A stretch of 64,000 nt of DNA from Candidatus Woesearchaeota archaeon (GCA_016203305.1 JACQMY010000036.1:1886-65885), one strand, 5' to 3'. Shown: positions 37,906 through 47,134, numbered from the stretch's first letter. A program made the numbers and translations. Notes: a model not told the origin generated them from the letters alone.

Positions 37906-39471
37906 TCACAATCGTACGGAATTTCGGTTTATACGCTCAACAGCATAACGCAGAAAGCCCACATCACCCTCCTGAATAGCAACCCTGCAACTCGCATTAA
38001 ACTCGTGGCACTGCGCTCTTCGCCCATCTTGCTCCAAGCTAAGCCGACCATGATACAAATCAGCCATCAAAACAATCTCATCAGATAACGAACGCATACC
38101 TTTTTGTGCGATCTGCTTGGCAAACCTGCCACTCACCTCAAATGGATTGTCAACGAATTCTCCATTCACCCTCAACTTCCATGGCGGCTTAGGCCACGAC
38201 CCGGAGGGCTGCAACAAATCAATCTCATATGCCATCAACCTGGCCACGTAGCCCTCCTCAAGCAAAATCCCCTGGGCAGGGTCAGCAGTCTTCATCAGCA
38301 CTGTGCCTGGCATAGGCCACATCGGCAAAACAGGAGTGAAATCAGGATTTGTCCTTAACAAGAAATCAAGCGTACGCGCCATACTCTCATCAGTCTCGTT
38401 GGGAGCAGGAACAATGCATGACGCAACCGAAGGAATTCCATGTTCCTTGAGAGAATGAATCAACACTTCGGCGTTGCGCACATACTCGATAGGATCATCC
38501 GCCTTTTTCATATCACGCAAAATAGCAGGATCAGCCGACTCAAGACCGATGAATACACCACCAACAAGCGTTTTTGACAGAAGATCAAAATCGTACCCTA
38601 CATGATCTGCCCGTCCAAACGCGCTGAACCTGGCGCCTTCTGGAAGCATTCTTGCTGTAGCGTTCACATATTCGACCTTCGGATCCGGACCACTCAGCCG
38701 AAAGATGTTGAACCCGTACGTCCTCTGATTAAACTCCACCTCCTTTATCAAGCCAGCAACACTCTTCTCTCTAAAACGCCCGCCGATACGCGGATGAATA
38801 CAGAATGTGCACTTTCTCCAATCACAATTCCTGCTATCCTCTATCGCATACACCTTAATCTTCTCATCTATACCCCGATAAACAGCAGGGTCATATGTTG
38901 GGTAAGGCAAGCCGTCTAATTCCACTTCTTGCTTTTTATTGCGAGCGGTATGCCCGCCTTGGCGATAAATCGCGCCAGGAATACGCGAGACCTCTGCATC
39001 CTGCGCAATTGCACGAATTGCAGCATCACCCTCACCTGCGACCAATGCATCAAACACATCACTCCCATAAGCAGACCGTGCATAGCCAAACACAGAATCA
39101 CCAAACCAACTCACCTGAGGTCCACCGCCAAAAACCCTGATGTCTGGGTTACGCTCCTTCAGCCTGGCAGCAATCAACACTGAGTCCTGAAAACCGTTTG
39201 CGTACAACTTGAAACCGATTTTTCGCACGCCGTGCTCCTTAATGAACGCATCCAACTCCGCGACCACTCCGTCCAGAAATCCCTGCTTGCCATCTCTTGC
39301 AATCTTTTCAATCGAACCAACCGTACTGTAATCAAATATCACCGGAACAAGACCTTCCTGCGCCACTTCTGCACCAAGCAAAGCAAGACCATTATCAAGC
39401 ATTAAGCCACTAAGCAAAGGCCCTTTGCTTTGTACTGCATAGCTAACCAGAGGGAAAACCTCTTTTACCAT
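37906..39471 (-). CDS. B12-binding radical SAM protein
   Basis: N-terminal Rossmann-like B12 domain. 'RNCDWRKCTFCIHP' cysteine cluster (C-x4-C-x2-C). Confidence 0.6.
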   Translation of the reverse strand: MVKEVFPLVSYAVQSKGPLLSGLMLDNGLALLGAEVAQEGLVPVIFDYSTVGSIEKIARDGKQGFLDGVVAELDAFIKEHGVRKIGFKLYANGFQDSVLIAARLKERNPDIRVFGGGPQVSWFGDSVFGYARSAYGSDVFDALVAGEGDAAIRAIAQDAEVSRIPGAIYRQGGHTARNKKQEVELDGLPYPTYDPAVYRGIDEKIKVYAIEDSRNCDWRKCTFCIHPRIGGRFREKSVAGLIKEVEFNQRTYGFNIFRLSGPDPKVEYVNATARMLPEGARFSAFGRADHVGYDFDLLSKTLVGGVFIGLESADPAILRDMKKADDPIEYVRNAEVLIHSLKEHGIPSVASCIVPAPNETDESMARTLDFLLRTNPDFTPVLPMWPMPGTVLMKTADPAQGILLEEGYVARLMAYEIDLLQPSGSWPKPPWKLRVNGEFVDNPFEVSGRFAKQIAQKGMRSLSDEIVLMADLYHGRLSLEQDGRRAQCHEFNASCRVAIQEGDVGFLRYAVERINRNSVRL

Positions 39472-39545
39472 GCACCCTGTAAGCCTGCGTTCCTATAAAA
39501 GCATTTGCCGAAAAAGCTATAAACACCCGTATCACTATAGGTTAC

Positions 39546-40295
39546 ATGCAAGCAGAGGATATTATCGGGCTTTTTTTGACTTACTCTGCCGAGCTCGATT
39601 CGGCAATACGAACACACAAACTTTTTGAACCCTTCTTCACTAAAAGGTTCAACGGAAGAACCATCGACCAGCTCAGAGCAGCCCACGCAGCATACCATCA
39701 TGTCAGCGCAGGATACACGCATTGGACTGTGCCGCTCCTTCGTGCGGGTGGAGAAGCGCTCGCAAATGGCGACGCAGAGGACAAGGCGTGCAGCAAAGCA
39801 TACGTAAAGAACGCAAATGACGAGATCGATCATAGAGGCCATTATGGACACGATCGCTGGGCGCTCAATGACATACAAGCAATCGGGTTCCCCGAACACC
39901 TTGCGCATTCACCTGCACCTGTAATCGTGAATGGAAAATATAAGCAATTCATGGTTGATAACGCAAACCTACACCCATATGGTGGATTGGGCGCAAAAGG
40001 AGTGCTTGAACATCTAGCAATTCACGTATCAGGCGATTTCTGCGAGGGCTTTCGCGCAAGCGGCATTCCAAACATAGAGAACGGCCTTGTTTTCCTTGCC
40101 CAACATGGCATCTTGGACCTTGACCACACAAAAAGCGGGAATGATGCCGTACGCAGCATAAGCTCTCCTGCCAAACTTGAGCAGATCGCCGAAGGATCAC
40201 GAATCACCCGAGAGCAATACCACCTGTTCCTTGGTGCAATGAATGAATCATACGAGTTCTTCCTTCGATCTCTACAAACCCAACGAAACACTTAA
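39546..40295 (+). CDS. hypothetical His-rich protein
   Basis: ORF track; 'HAAYHHVSAGYTHW', 'DHRGHYGHD'. Confidence 0.4.
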   Translation: MQAEDIIGLFLTYSAELDSAIRTHKLFEPFFTKRFNGRTIDQLRAAHAAYHHVSAGYTHWTVPLLRAGGEALANGDAEDKACSKAYVKNANDEIDHRGHYGHDRWALNDIQAIGFPEHLAHSPAPVIVNGKYKQFMVDNANLHPYGGLGAKGVLEHLAIHVSGDFCEGFRASGIPNIENGLVFLAQHGILDLDHTKSGNDAVRSISSPAKLEQIAEGSRITREQYHLFLGAMNESYEFFLRSLQTQRNT

Positions 40296-40332
40296 AAACA
40301 TAAAGGTCGCCTAAACACTAAAGAGGTGTCAA

Positions 40333-40710
40333 ATGGCAAAAAAAGCAAGTTCTGGGACAAAAACGATCATGATTGTTGATGATGAAGAAGACATACGCGA
40401 AACAGCCAAAACCATCTGTGAAAAAGCAGGATATGAAGTGATAACGGCGGCCAATGGAGACGACTGTCTTGAAAAGCTCAAAAAGGCCAAGCCAGACCTT
40501 ATACTAATGGACATTATGATGCCTGGCACTCCTGTCAAGGAAGTGGTCAAAAAAATCAAAGGCGTGCCGATCGCATATTGCAGCGTAGTTAGAACATCTG
40601 ATGCAGAGCGAGAACAACTCCTACAAGAAGGAAACGTCGTCGATTTCATACAAAAACCGTTTGACATCAACGACCTCCTCAGACGAGTGAAAAAACTGGT
40701 GGCTAAATGA
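40333..40710 (+). CDS. single-domain response regulator (receiver)
   Basis: 'IMIVDDEED', 'LILMDIMMPG', 'KPF'. Confidence 0.8.
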   Translation: MAKKASSGTKTIMIVDDEEDIRETAKTICEKAGYEVITAANGDDCLEKLKKAKPDLILMDIMMPGTPVKEVVKKIKGVPIAYCSVVRTSDAEREQLLQEGNVVDFIQKPFDINDLLRRVKKLVAK

Positions 40711-41219
40711 ACCTGCTGAAAGAGCTCCAGGACAACCAAACAGTCCTCATGCTCATGCCAGGAATGGATTACAAAAATACCATCCTGGAAACTGCCAAGG
40801 CTCTAAACGGCAAAAAAATCTGTTACATAACCCTCAACCGCACCTTTGACAGCCTAAAAGAACTCTTCAAAAAACACGGCATCAAAACGGAAAACACCAC
40901 CTTTATCGACTTGATAACAACACTTATCACAAAACCAGCCCAAACGCGAAATGTCCACTTCCTCAACCCACACCAGGCAGCGGAAACATTCGCATTCATC
41001 GCCAGCCAGCTAAAAAACAACTACGAATACATCATCTTTGACAGCATCACAAACCTGTTCAGCTACCGCGACATCGAAGACGTGGAACAATACATATTTA
41101 TAATCATAAACAAAATCAGGCAAACAAGAACTGTCATCTACGCGCTTGACGAGCAAGAAACACGCATCCCACGATGCTGCATGTATGTTGACAAAACAGT
41201 AAGGTGTACAAAAAAATGA
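40707..41219 (+). CDS. degenerate KaiC-like (RecA-fold) protein lacking Walker A
   Basis: 'YIIFDSITNL' aligns with the KaiC Walker-B region 'IVIDSLSAL'. No GxxxxGK[ST]. Paralog of the next gene. Confidence 0.45.
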   Translation: MNLLKELQDNQTVLMLMPGMDYKNTILETAKALNGKKICYITLNRTFDSLKELFKKHGIKTENTTFIDLITTLITKPAQTRNVHFLNPHQAAETFAFIASQLKNNYEYIIFDSITNLFSYRDIEDVEQYIFIIINKIRQTRTVIYALDEQETRIPRCCMYVDKTVRCTKK

Positions 41220-41734
41220 TACTTGACACTGCATTACAAGGCAACCAGGTAGTCCTTCTATTCATCCCTTCAGAAAAATACAACGAAGCAACGATCGACG
41301 TAGCCAAGAAGTTCTCCAGCAAAAAAGTATGCTACATTACCCTAAACAAAACTTATGAACACCTCAGCCAAACATTCACCAGCAAGAACATAAACATCAA
41401 GAACTTCTTCTTCATAGACGCAATAAGCAAAATATTCAAAGAACCAGCCACAACAGACCCCCGCTGCCAAGCAGTAACCCCTGGAAATCTGACAGAACTA
41501 GCATTAGTAATCTCTGAAGCGCTAACAATGAACTTCGACTACATAATCTTTGACAGCCTCACAAACCTCCTGGTATACCAAAAACATTCGGACATACTCA
41601 AATTCATAATGGACCTCTGCAGCAAGGTTAAAACATCCAAAACAAAATGCGTCCTCTACACAATGCAAGAACACCAGGAAATAATCCAACGCGCATGCGT
41701 AATGGTAGACTCGTGCGTCAACTGGGGCAAATAG
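41204..41734 (+). CDS. degenerate KaiC-like protein, tandem paralog
   Basis: 'YIIFDSLTNL'. Same architecture and length as the preceding gene. Confidence 0.45.
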   Translation: MYKKMILDTALQGNQVVLLFIPSEKYNEATIDVAKKFSSKKVCYITLNKTYEHLSQTFTSKNINIKNFFFIDAISKIFKEPATTDPRCQAVTPGNLTELALVISEALTMNFDYIIFDSLTNLLVYQKHSDILKFIMDLCSKVKTSKTKCVLYTMQEHQEIIQRACVMVDSCVNWGK

Positions 41735-41771
41735 GCTTAAATAATATATCATCTGAGTTCTATAAAAAAAG

Positions 41772-43379
41772 ATGAACCTGCAAAAAAAACTAACCATAAT
41801 AATCATAGGCATAGTTCTCATTCCAGGACTTGTAGCCTATTTCACAGTCCAGAAATCACTTGAACATGCCTCCAAGGAAGAAGCAACAAGCTACGGACTT
41901 CCAATAGCGCAACAAATCGCGAAAAATGCCGCCCCACTAGTAATACTCCAGCAAAGACAAGCCATCCATGAACTCATCACCCAAGCACGAGACCCACGAA
42001 TTTCTTACATAGTCATCACAAATCCACAACAAAGAATTCTGGCCAACACAGGAAAAATTCCTACAAAACTACCGCCTTTAACCGGACAGGCAACACTTGC
42101 AGAAGTAGATGGTGAAGAACTTTACGCCATAAGCTCCAAGCTCCCGCAAGAATTAGGAGAAGTCACAATAGGCATTAACACAAAAATGCCCACCAGCAAC
42201 ATCCTTCCACTAATCATACTGAGCACTATCCTCGCAGCAATAACTGCAATCTACACAACATCCAGAATAGTCAGCCCATTACGACAAATTTACAACTCAG
42301 CACACGAACTCAGCCAAGGAAATTTCAACACGAGAATAAACGTCAAAACAGGAGACGAACTGGAAGAATTAGGGAACACGTTTAACCAAGCAACAGAAGC
42401 ACTCGGCAGAATAGACCAAGAAAGAAAACAAATAGACCAAGCAAAGACAAGATTTCTCAGCATAACAAGCCACGAGCTAAGAAGCCCAATGACGCCCATG
42501 AAAGCACAATTGCAAATGCTCGGACAAGGATACTACGGCAAGCTTGGAACAAAGCAAAAACAAAGCGTGGAAATGGTGTTAAGAAACGCAGACCGATTGG
42601 ATTCAATCATTGGTGACTTCCTCGAAATCTCGCGCATAGAAGCAGCAAGACTAAGATTCACCTTCCAAAAAACAAACATTGCCGAAATTGTGCTTGATGT
42701 TGTAAAATACATGAACACATTTATGCCAGACAAAAAGGTAAGTCTGACCACAAAGCTAGGAAAACTGCCAGTTATCGAAGCAGACCCCAACCGCATAAGC
42801 CAAGTACTGCGCAACTTATTAAGCAATGCAATAAAGTTCTCACAGCCCAACAGCACAGTCACCATCGCGGCTGCCGTCAATGGAGAATTCATCGAGTTCA
42901 GCGTCCGCGACACAGGAATAGGCATTTCACAAAAAGACCAAGCAAAACTATTCGAGCCATTCTTCCAAGCAGAACAAACAATATACCGAGAAGGAAAAGG
43001 AGTGGGGCTAGGACTGGCAATCTGCAGAGGAATAGTACTAAGCCAAAACGGCAAAATCTGGGTTGAAAGCCAGCCAGGCAAAGGAAGCACATTCTTCTTC
43101 ACCCTGCCACTAACACCAGTAAAAGAAATAAGACCAATACGCGTACTATTCTCCAGCAAAGAAGCAATTGACCGCAAAATAAAAGAAGCCTTCAAAGAAA
43201 TGCTGGGACCCATCGGCAGCAGCGAATTTGACGACCTCAGACAAAACCTCACCCACGAAAGTCTCAGAAACTACGTAGACGAGCTCAGGAAAAGAAACAT
43301 AATAACACCAGAGCTTGCAGAACAATTCAAACACAGAGTAAACCACGCACTAATGGCAGATGTACATCATGTGAAGTAA
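41772..43379 (+). CDS. sensor histidine kinase (transmembrane, HAMP, HisKA, HATPase_c)
   Basis: 'ITSHELRSPMTPM' H-box. 'LRNLLSNAIKFS' N-box. 'DTGIGIS', 'GKGVGLGLAICRGIV' G-boxes. Confidence 0.85.
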   Translation: MNLQKKLTIIIIGIVLIPGLVAYFTVQKSLEHASKEEATSYGLPIAQQIAKNAAPLVILQQRQAIHELITQARDPRISYIVITNPQQRILANTGKIPTKLPPLTGQATLAEVDGEELYAISSKLPQELGEVTIGINTKMPTSNILPLIILSTILAAITAIYTTSRIVSPLRQIYNSAHELSQGNFNTRINVKTGDELEELGNTFNQATEALGRIDQERKQIDQAKTRFLSITSHELRSPMTPMKAQLQMLGQGYYGKLGTKQKQSVEMVLRNADRLDSIIGDFLEISRIEAARLRFTFQKTNIAEIVLDVVKYMNTFMPDKKVSLTTKLGKLPVIEADPNRISQVLRNLLSNAIKFSQPNSTVTIAAAVNGEFIEFSVRDTGIGISQKDQAKLFEPFFQAEQTIYREGKGVGLGLAICRGIVLSQNGKIWVESQPGKGSTFFFTLPLTPVKEIRPIRVLFSSKEAIDRKIKEAFKEMLGPIGSSEFDDLRQNLTHESLRNYVDELRKRNIITPELAEQFKHRVNHALMADVHHVK

Positions 43380-43385
43380 TAAATC

Positions 43386-43427
43386 AGGATGTAGGTTGTA
43401 GGAAGAAGAGTGGAGGATAATAAGATG
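43386..43427 (+). repeat. heptad (GNNNWAG) tract after the histidine-kinase stop
   Basis: ag gatgtag gttgtag gaagaag agtggag gataata. Confidence 0.5.
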
Positions 43428-43443
43428 GGCCCGAGGAGATTTG
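43427..43443 (+). repeat. 17-bp copy of the tRNA-Ile 3' end (att-like)
   Basis: GGGCCCGAGGAGATTTG is identical to 44641-44657 and 44745-44761. Confidence 0.65.
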
Positions 43444-43582
43444 GGTGTTTACCTTTTTCTTCAATTCTCTGGTAGTTAGATTATCTTGGATTAAGTATTG
43501 GTTGGGTATGTAGGTAGTTAATTTTTGCGCTCATTGTCCAGACCGATACATTTATATATCAGATGGCATATTTATATCTCAT

Positions 43583-44107
43583 ATGATACAAAAATATTCC
43601 AGATATAGAGTTTTGCAACAGTTTTTTGATTTTCCACGCAAAGCATTCTTGATTCGTGAGCTTTCGAGAAATACGAAGCTTTCAGTGCCTTCGGTTCGTC
43701 TCCACATTAAGGCTTTGCGCGCTGAAGGGCTTATCATAAAGGACAACACTGGCCTGTACCCTTCATTTAGAGCAGTGAGGGAAGACTCTTTGTTCAAACT
43801 TCTGAAAGCTCAGAACATGGTTTTAAGGCTCCATCAAACAGGCATTCTGAGCACCATCGAGAAAACTACGTACCCGTCTTGCATTGTGCTATTCGGTAGT
43901 GCTTCCCGAGGCGAAGACGCTGAGGAAAGTGATATTGATTTGTTCATGCAGGCAAAGCGAGTGAACCTTGATTTGAGAAAGTTCGAAAAGGCTTTGAACC
44001 GAAAGGTCAATCTTTTATTCGAACCCGATATGAAAACAATCAGTCCAGAGTTGCTCAATAATCTTGCAAACGGAACGGTAGTGTATGGGTATTTGAAGGT
44101 GATTTGA
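43583..44107 (+). CDS. minimal nucleotidyltransferase (MNT) with an N-terminal wHTH
   Basis: 'LFGSASRGEDAEESDIDLF' GS...DxD motif. Confidence 0.7.
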   Translation: MIQKYSRYRVLQQFFDFPRKAFLIRELSRNTKLSVPSVRLHIKALRAEGLIIKDNTGLYPSFRAVREDSLFKLLKAQNMVLRLHQTGILSTIEKTTYPSCIVLFGSASRGEDAEESDIDLFMQAKRVNLDLRKFEKALNRKVNLLFEPDMKTISPELLNNLANGTVVYGYLKVI

Positions 44108-44539
44108 TTGGAACCATGGACTGAACAATCTGATAAAGTAAGCAAACAACGACCTGACACTGAAAAAGCTCGCGCACTCCTCAAGATGATCGCCCTTCGA
44201 GAACAACGTGCCCAAATAACACCCCTTCCACAGTTTGCCACCTTGTTAGCAGAAGAACTATACGAAATCGTCAAGGAACTCATAACTGGAATAATGAGCG
44301 TTGACGGTTGGAAAACCGCCAGTCATGAACTGCTAATTGGATACCTCGCCAAATTCTATCCTGAATTTAGCACCGCAGAAGTCATGCTCTTGGATCAACT
44401 TCGGGAAATGCGAAACGATATCGCATACCGAGGCGTCATGATAAACCCAGAATATCTAGAGAGAAACCAACAAAATATCTCCAATGCCATTCAAAAACTC
44501 AAACAAATACTAAACGCAAGACTCAACAAAACAAGATAA
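44108..44539 (+). CDS. HEPN-like partner of the MNT
   Basis: Helical 143-aa protein directly abutting the MNT. 'LREMRNDIAYRG' occupies the position of the R-x4-6-H motif, but the His is not conserved. Confidence 0.45.
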   Translation: MEPWTEQSDKVSKQRPDTEKARALLKMIALREQRAQITPLPQFATLLAEELYEIVKELITGIMSVDGWKTASHELLIGYLAKFYPEFSTAEVMLLDQLREMRNDIAYRGVMINPEYLERNQQNISNAIQKLKQILNARLNKTR

Positions 44540-44632
44540 TCACGTTCAAACGTCGGAATTCCACCAGCCTGCTGGCTGGCGAAGTTCAAATCTCCTTGCA
44601 TGATGCGGATTAGCGCGAAGCGAATTAAAAAA

Positions 44633-44657
44633 GGTGGGCCCGAGGAGATTTGAACTC
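44633..44657 (+). repeat. 25-bp direct repeat of the tRNA-Ile 3' end (att-like scar)
   Basis: GGTGGGCCCGAGGAGATTTGAACTC is identical to 44737-44761 inside the tRNA. Followed by T-run on the minus strand. Confidence 0.75.
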
Positions 44658-44738
44658 AGTCCAACCCTTTTGGGCTTGGCCAAGTTCAAACTCCTCACTG
44701 CGCGGCCAGATGTTAGAGCTAACGCTGTGATCATTTGG

Positions 44739-44854
44739 TGGGCCCGAGGAGATTTGAACTCCCGACCACTGGTGGGCTTAGAACGTCCGGGTGTTGTTTT
44801 GTGCCAGACGCGGTCATATAAGACCAGTGCTCTACCAGGCTAAGCTACGGGCCC
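44739..44854 (-). tRNA. tRNA-Ile (anticodon UAU inferred) with a 42-nt intron; CCA encoded (44736-44738)
   Basis: Manual fold: acceptor GGGCCCG/CGGGCCC, D-arm GCTT-AGCCTGGTA-GAGC, anticodon stem CTGGT/ACCAG, loop CTTATA|intron|C, T-arm GGGAG-TTCAAAT-CTCCT, then ACCA. Anticodon depends on the canonical 37/38 intron placement. Confidence 0.6.
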
Positions 44855-44975
44855 AGTGTGCTCGAACTGTTACTGTATTAAAAACTCTTCGGCCATCACA
44901 ATCATTCATCTCAGAAAACCCAAACCAGTATACAAAAGAGTAACTTTTATATACTTGAGTTCTTGTGAAATACTT

Positions 44976-46046
44976 ATGCGTCACGTCGTCATCGCGCTAG
45001 CCGCATTGGTAATACTCCTCGGACTTGCAACAACCCTTGACAGAATTTCACTAGCACCTGCTGTTGTTGTAGAAACAATCATCCAATGCAACGATGGAAC
45101 GTTCGCACACTCACCAGAAGAATGCCCACTTCCACCAGTTCCAACACCAGTACAATTTGAAAGCACTGCATCAGCAGCAGTACAACCACAAATCACAATG
45201 CAGGAAGACCCGATCGGAAAAACATTCCTAAAAAAAATGCCACAAAATTACGTCTACAACAAAGGAGAACTTCCAATATACGCGTCAGGGCCAAGCAGAA
45301 GCACAGGAGAATGGCCGTTCGTCGCACCAGGAATACTCTACTGGAACGTTGAAGACAATAAAGCACTCTACGTCTACCCAGGAGATATCTCACCAGGATG
45401 GTGGGCAGAATACACAAACCAAACAAAACAGGTGATCACCACTGACCTGGTCGGCGCAAGCCTCTACCCCGCAGCACTAATAAGACTACAACTCACAGGA
45501 AACAAAGACCTTGACGAAAACCTGCTGCCAAAAGAATTCCTCAAATACTTCAACTTCCTCTTCAGAGGCACTTTACGCGAAGACAACATAATAAGAACCA
45601 TCGAACCATTCTACAGCAAAAGCCCAATAGAATGGTTTGCCAACTATGCAAGCGACCAGCCGGTCAAAGTCGATACCAAGGAACGAGTTCTCCCAACCAT
45701 TGGCGGAAGCATAATGAGCAAGCTCTCACTACACTATTCAAGCAAGGAAACGACCCAACGCATTCTACGAACACAAGAAGGAAGCGCCTACGAATACAAA
45801 CCAACCCAGTCAGCAGAAATAGTTTTCCGCTTTGATCCAAGAGGAATACCACTAGTTATCGACGAGCTTGACACAGAAGGAAACCTAATCGAAAGACACA
45901 CTTACACAGTCCAGACAACATACAACAGAGATGGCGTGATGAACACCCCAGTGGATCCAAGAATCGTAAACCTACCACCACACCTAATTGTAACAGTCCA
46001 AGACTGGGAAAAATGGACAAACAGCAAAGAAAACATAATGAGATGA
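44976..46046 (+). CDS. hypothetical secreted or membrane-anchored protein
   Basis: Start set at the internal Met (MRHVVIALAALVILLGL, signal/TM). The longer ORF from 44856 would overlap the tRNA. Confidence 0.45.
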   Translation: MRHVVIALAALVILLGLATTLDRISLAPAVVVETIIQCNDGTFAHSPEECPLPPVPTPVQFESTASAAVQPQITMQEDPIGKTFLKKMPQNYVYNKGELPIYASGPSRSTGEWPFVAPGILYWNVEDNKALYVYPGDISPGWWAEYTNQTKQVITTDLVGASLYPAALIRLQLTGNKDLDENLLPKEFLKYFNFLFRGTLREDNIIRTIEPFYSKSPIEWFANYASDQPVKVDTKERVLPTIGGSIMSKLSLHYSSKETTQRILRTQEGSAYEYKPTQSAEIVFRFDPRGIPLVIDELDTEGNLIERHTYTVQTTYNRDGVMNTPVDPRIVNLPPHLIVTVQDWEKWTNSKENIMR

Positions 46047-46999
46047 ACATGGACGCCCCTGAAAGTACACTAGAAGAACATAATCCAGAACAAGAAGCCA
46101 AAAACCTGCCAGAAGAACAGGCAACGCCTTCAGCCGGCCAACAGCGCAAGAAAAAACAGCCTGCGCAAAAACCAACCAATAAAAACTCAAACGAGCAAAT
46201 GGATTTCTCAAAACTCAAAGAAAAACTCCAACAAACCCAAAGCGCGCCTACCATCGCCATATCAGGCAAAACGCACGTAGGCACAGGAATCGACGGCATA
46301 GACCAACTGTTTGCCAAAGGAATCCCCCGCGGAAGCACAACACTGGTTGTCGGAGGACCAGGAAGCGGCAAAACAATCTTCTGCCTGCAAACCCTATACG
46401 AAGCAGCAAAAGCAGGAGAGAAAGTCCTCTACATGACACTAGAAGAAGACACTGAAAGACTAAGACAACACATGAAAGACTTCGGATGGGATATAACGCC
46501 ACTAGAAAAAAGAGGCTTCTTTGTAATAAAAAAATTCAACCCAATGGACATCACAAGACAAATGGACGCAATGCTTGAACAAGTAAGAGGAGAACTCCTC
46601 ATCGACCTAAAGCCGCTCTTAATCCCAAAAGATTTTGAACCAGACAGAGTGGCGCTCGACAGCCTGTCAGCAGTCGCGGCAGCACTATTTGAAAAAGAAG
46701 AAAGCTACCGCTTATACCTGGAACAACTATTCAAACTCTTCAACGACATTGGAAGCACAGCATTTTTGATATCAGAAACCCCAGACCCGACGCAAAAACT
46801 AAGCGCCACAGGAACAGAAGAATTCCTCGCAGACGGAGTATTCATCTTCTACAACGTGAGAACAGGGAACTCAAGAGAAAGCGCATTCGAAATCCTCAAA
46901 ATGAGAGGAGCAAGCTTCAAGAAACAAATAGTGGCAATGCAAATCAAAGAAAACGGCATAGTCGTCTATCCAGAACAAGAAGTGTTTACGACGATATAG
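46013..46999 (+). CDS. KaiC-like RecA-superfamily ATPase with a low-complexity N-terminal extension
   Basis: 'GIDGIDQLFAKGIPRGSTTLVVGGPGSGKTIFCLQ' Walker A. 'VALDSLSAV' Walker B region. Confidence 0.75.
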   Translation: MDKQQRKHNEMNMDAPESTLEEHNPEQEAKNLPEEQATPSAGQQRKKKQPAQKPTNKNSNEQMDFSKLKEKLQQTQSAPTIAISGKTHVGTGIDGIDQLFAKGIPRGSTTLVVGGPGSGKTIFCLQTLYEAAKAGEKVLYMTLEEDTERLRQHMKDFGWDITPLEKRGFFVIKKFNPMDITRQMDAMLEQVRGELLIDLKPLLIPKDFEPDRVALDSLSAVAAALFEKEESYRLYLEQLFKLFNDIGSTAFLISETPDPTQKLSATGTEEFLADGVFIFYNVRTGNSRESAFEILKMRGASFKKQIVAMQIKENGIVVYPEQEVFTTI

Positions 47000-47084
47000 G
47001 ACGAAGGCGGAAGGTATTAGGCGTTAGGTTGTAGGAGTTAGGACGAAGGAAGAAGCACGTAGGTATCAGGATGAAGGGCGAAGA
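46999..47084 (+). repeat. heptad (GNNNWAG) array, 12 units
   Basis: ta ggacgaag gcggaag gtattag gcgttag gttgtag gagttag gacgaag gaagaag cacgtag gtatcag gatgaag ggcgaag. Confidence 0.8.
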
Positions 47085-47085
47085 T

Positions 47086-47127
47086 AGACGTTCTTCGTCC
47101 TTCCACCTTATACCTTCATCCTCGTGC
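47086..47127 (-). repeat. heptad array in inverted orientation, 3' flank of the minus-strand gene
   Basis: Reverse complement reads g gatgaag gtataag gtggaag gacgaag. With 46999-47084 it forms a convergent pair between two convergent genes. Confidence 0.7.
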
Positions 47128-47134
47128 AAGTACT

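Noticed and set aside
44541-44632. Possible additional plus-strand tRNA suggested by 'gaagttcaaatctcc' and a ccagc-ct-gctgg hairpin.
   Set aside because: No acceptor stem, D-arm or anticodon arm could be folded. Interpreted as a degenerate inverted fragment of the tRNA-Ile T-arm region within the att-like scar.
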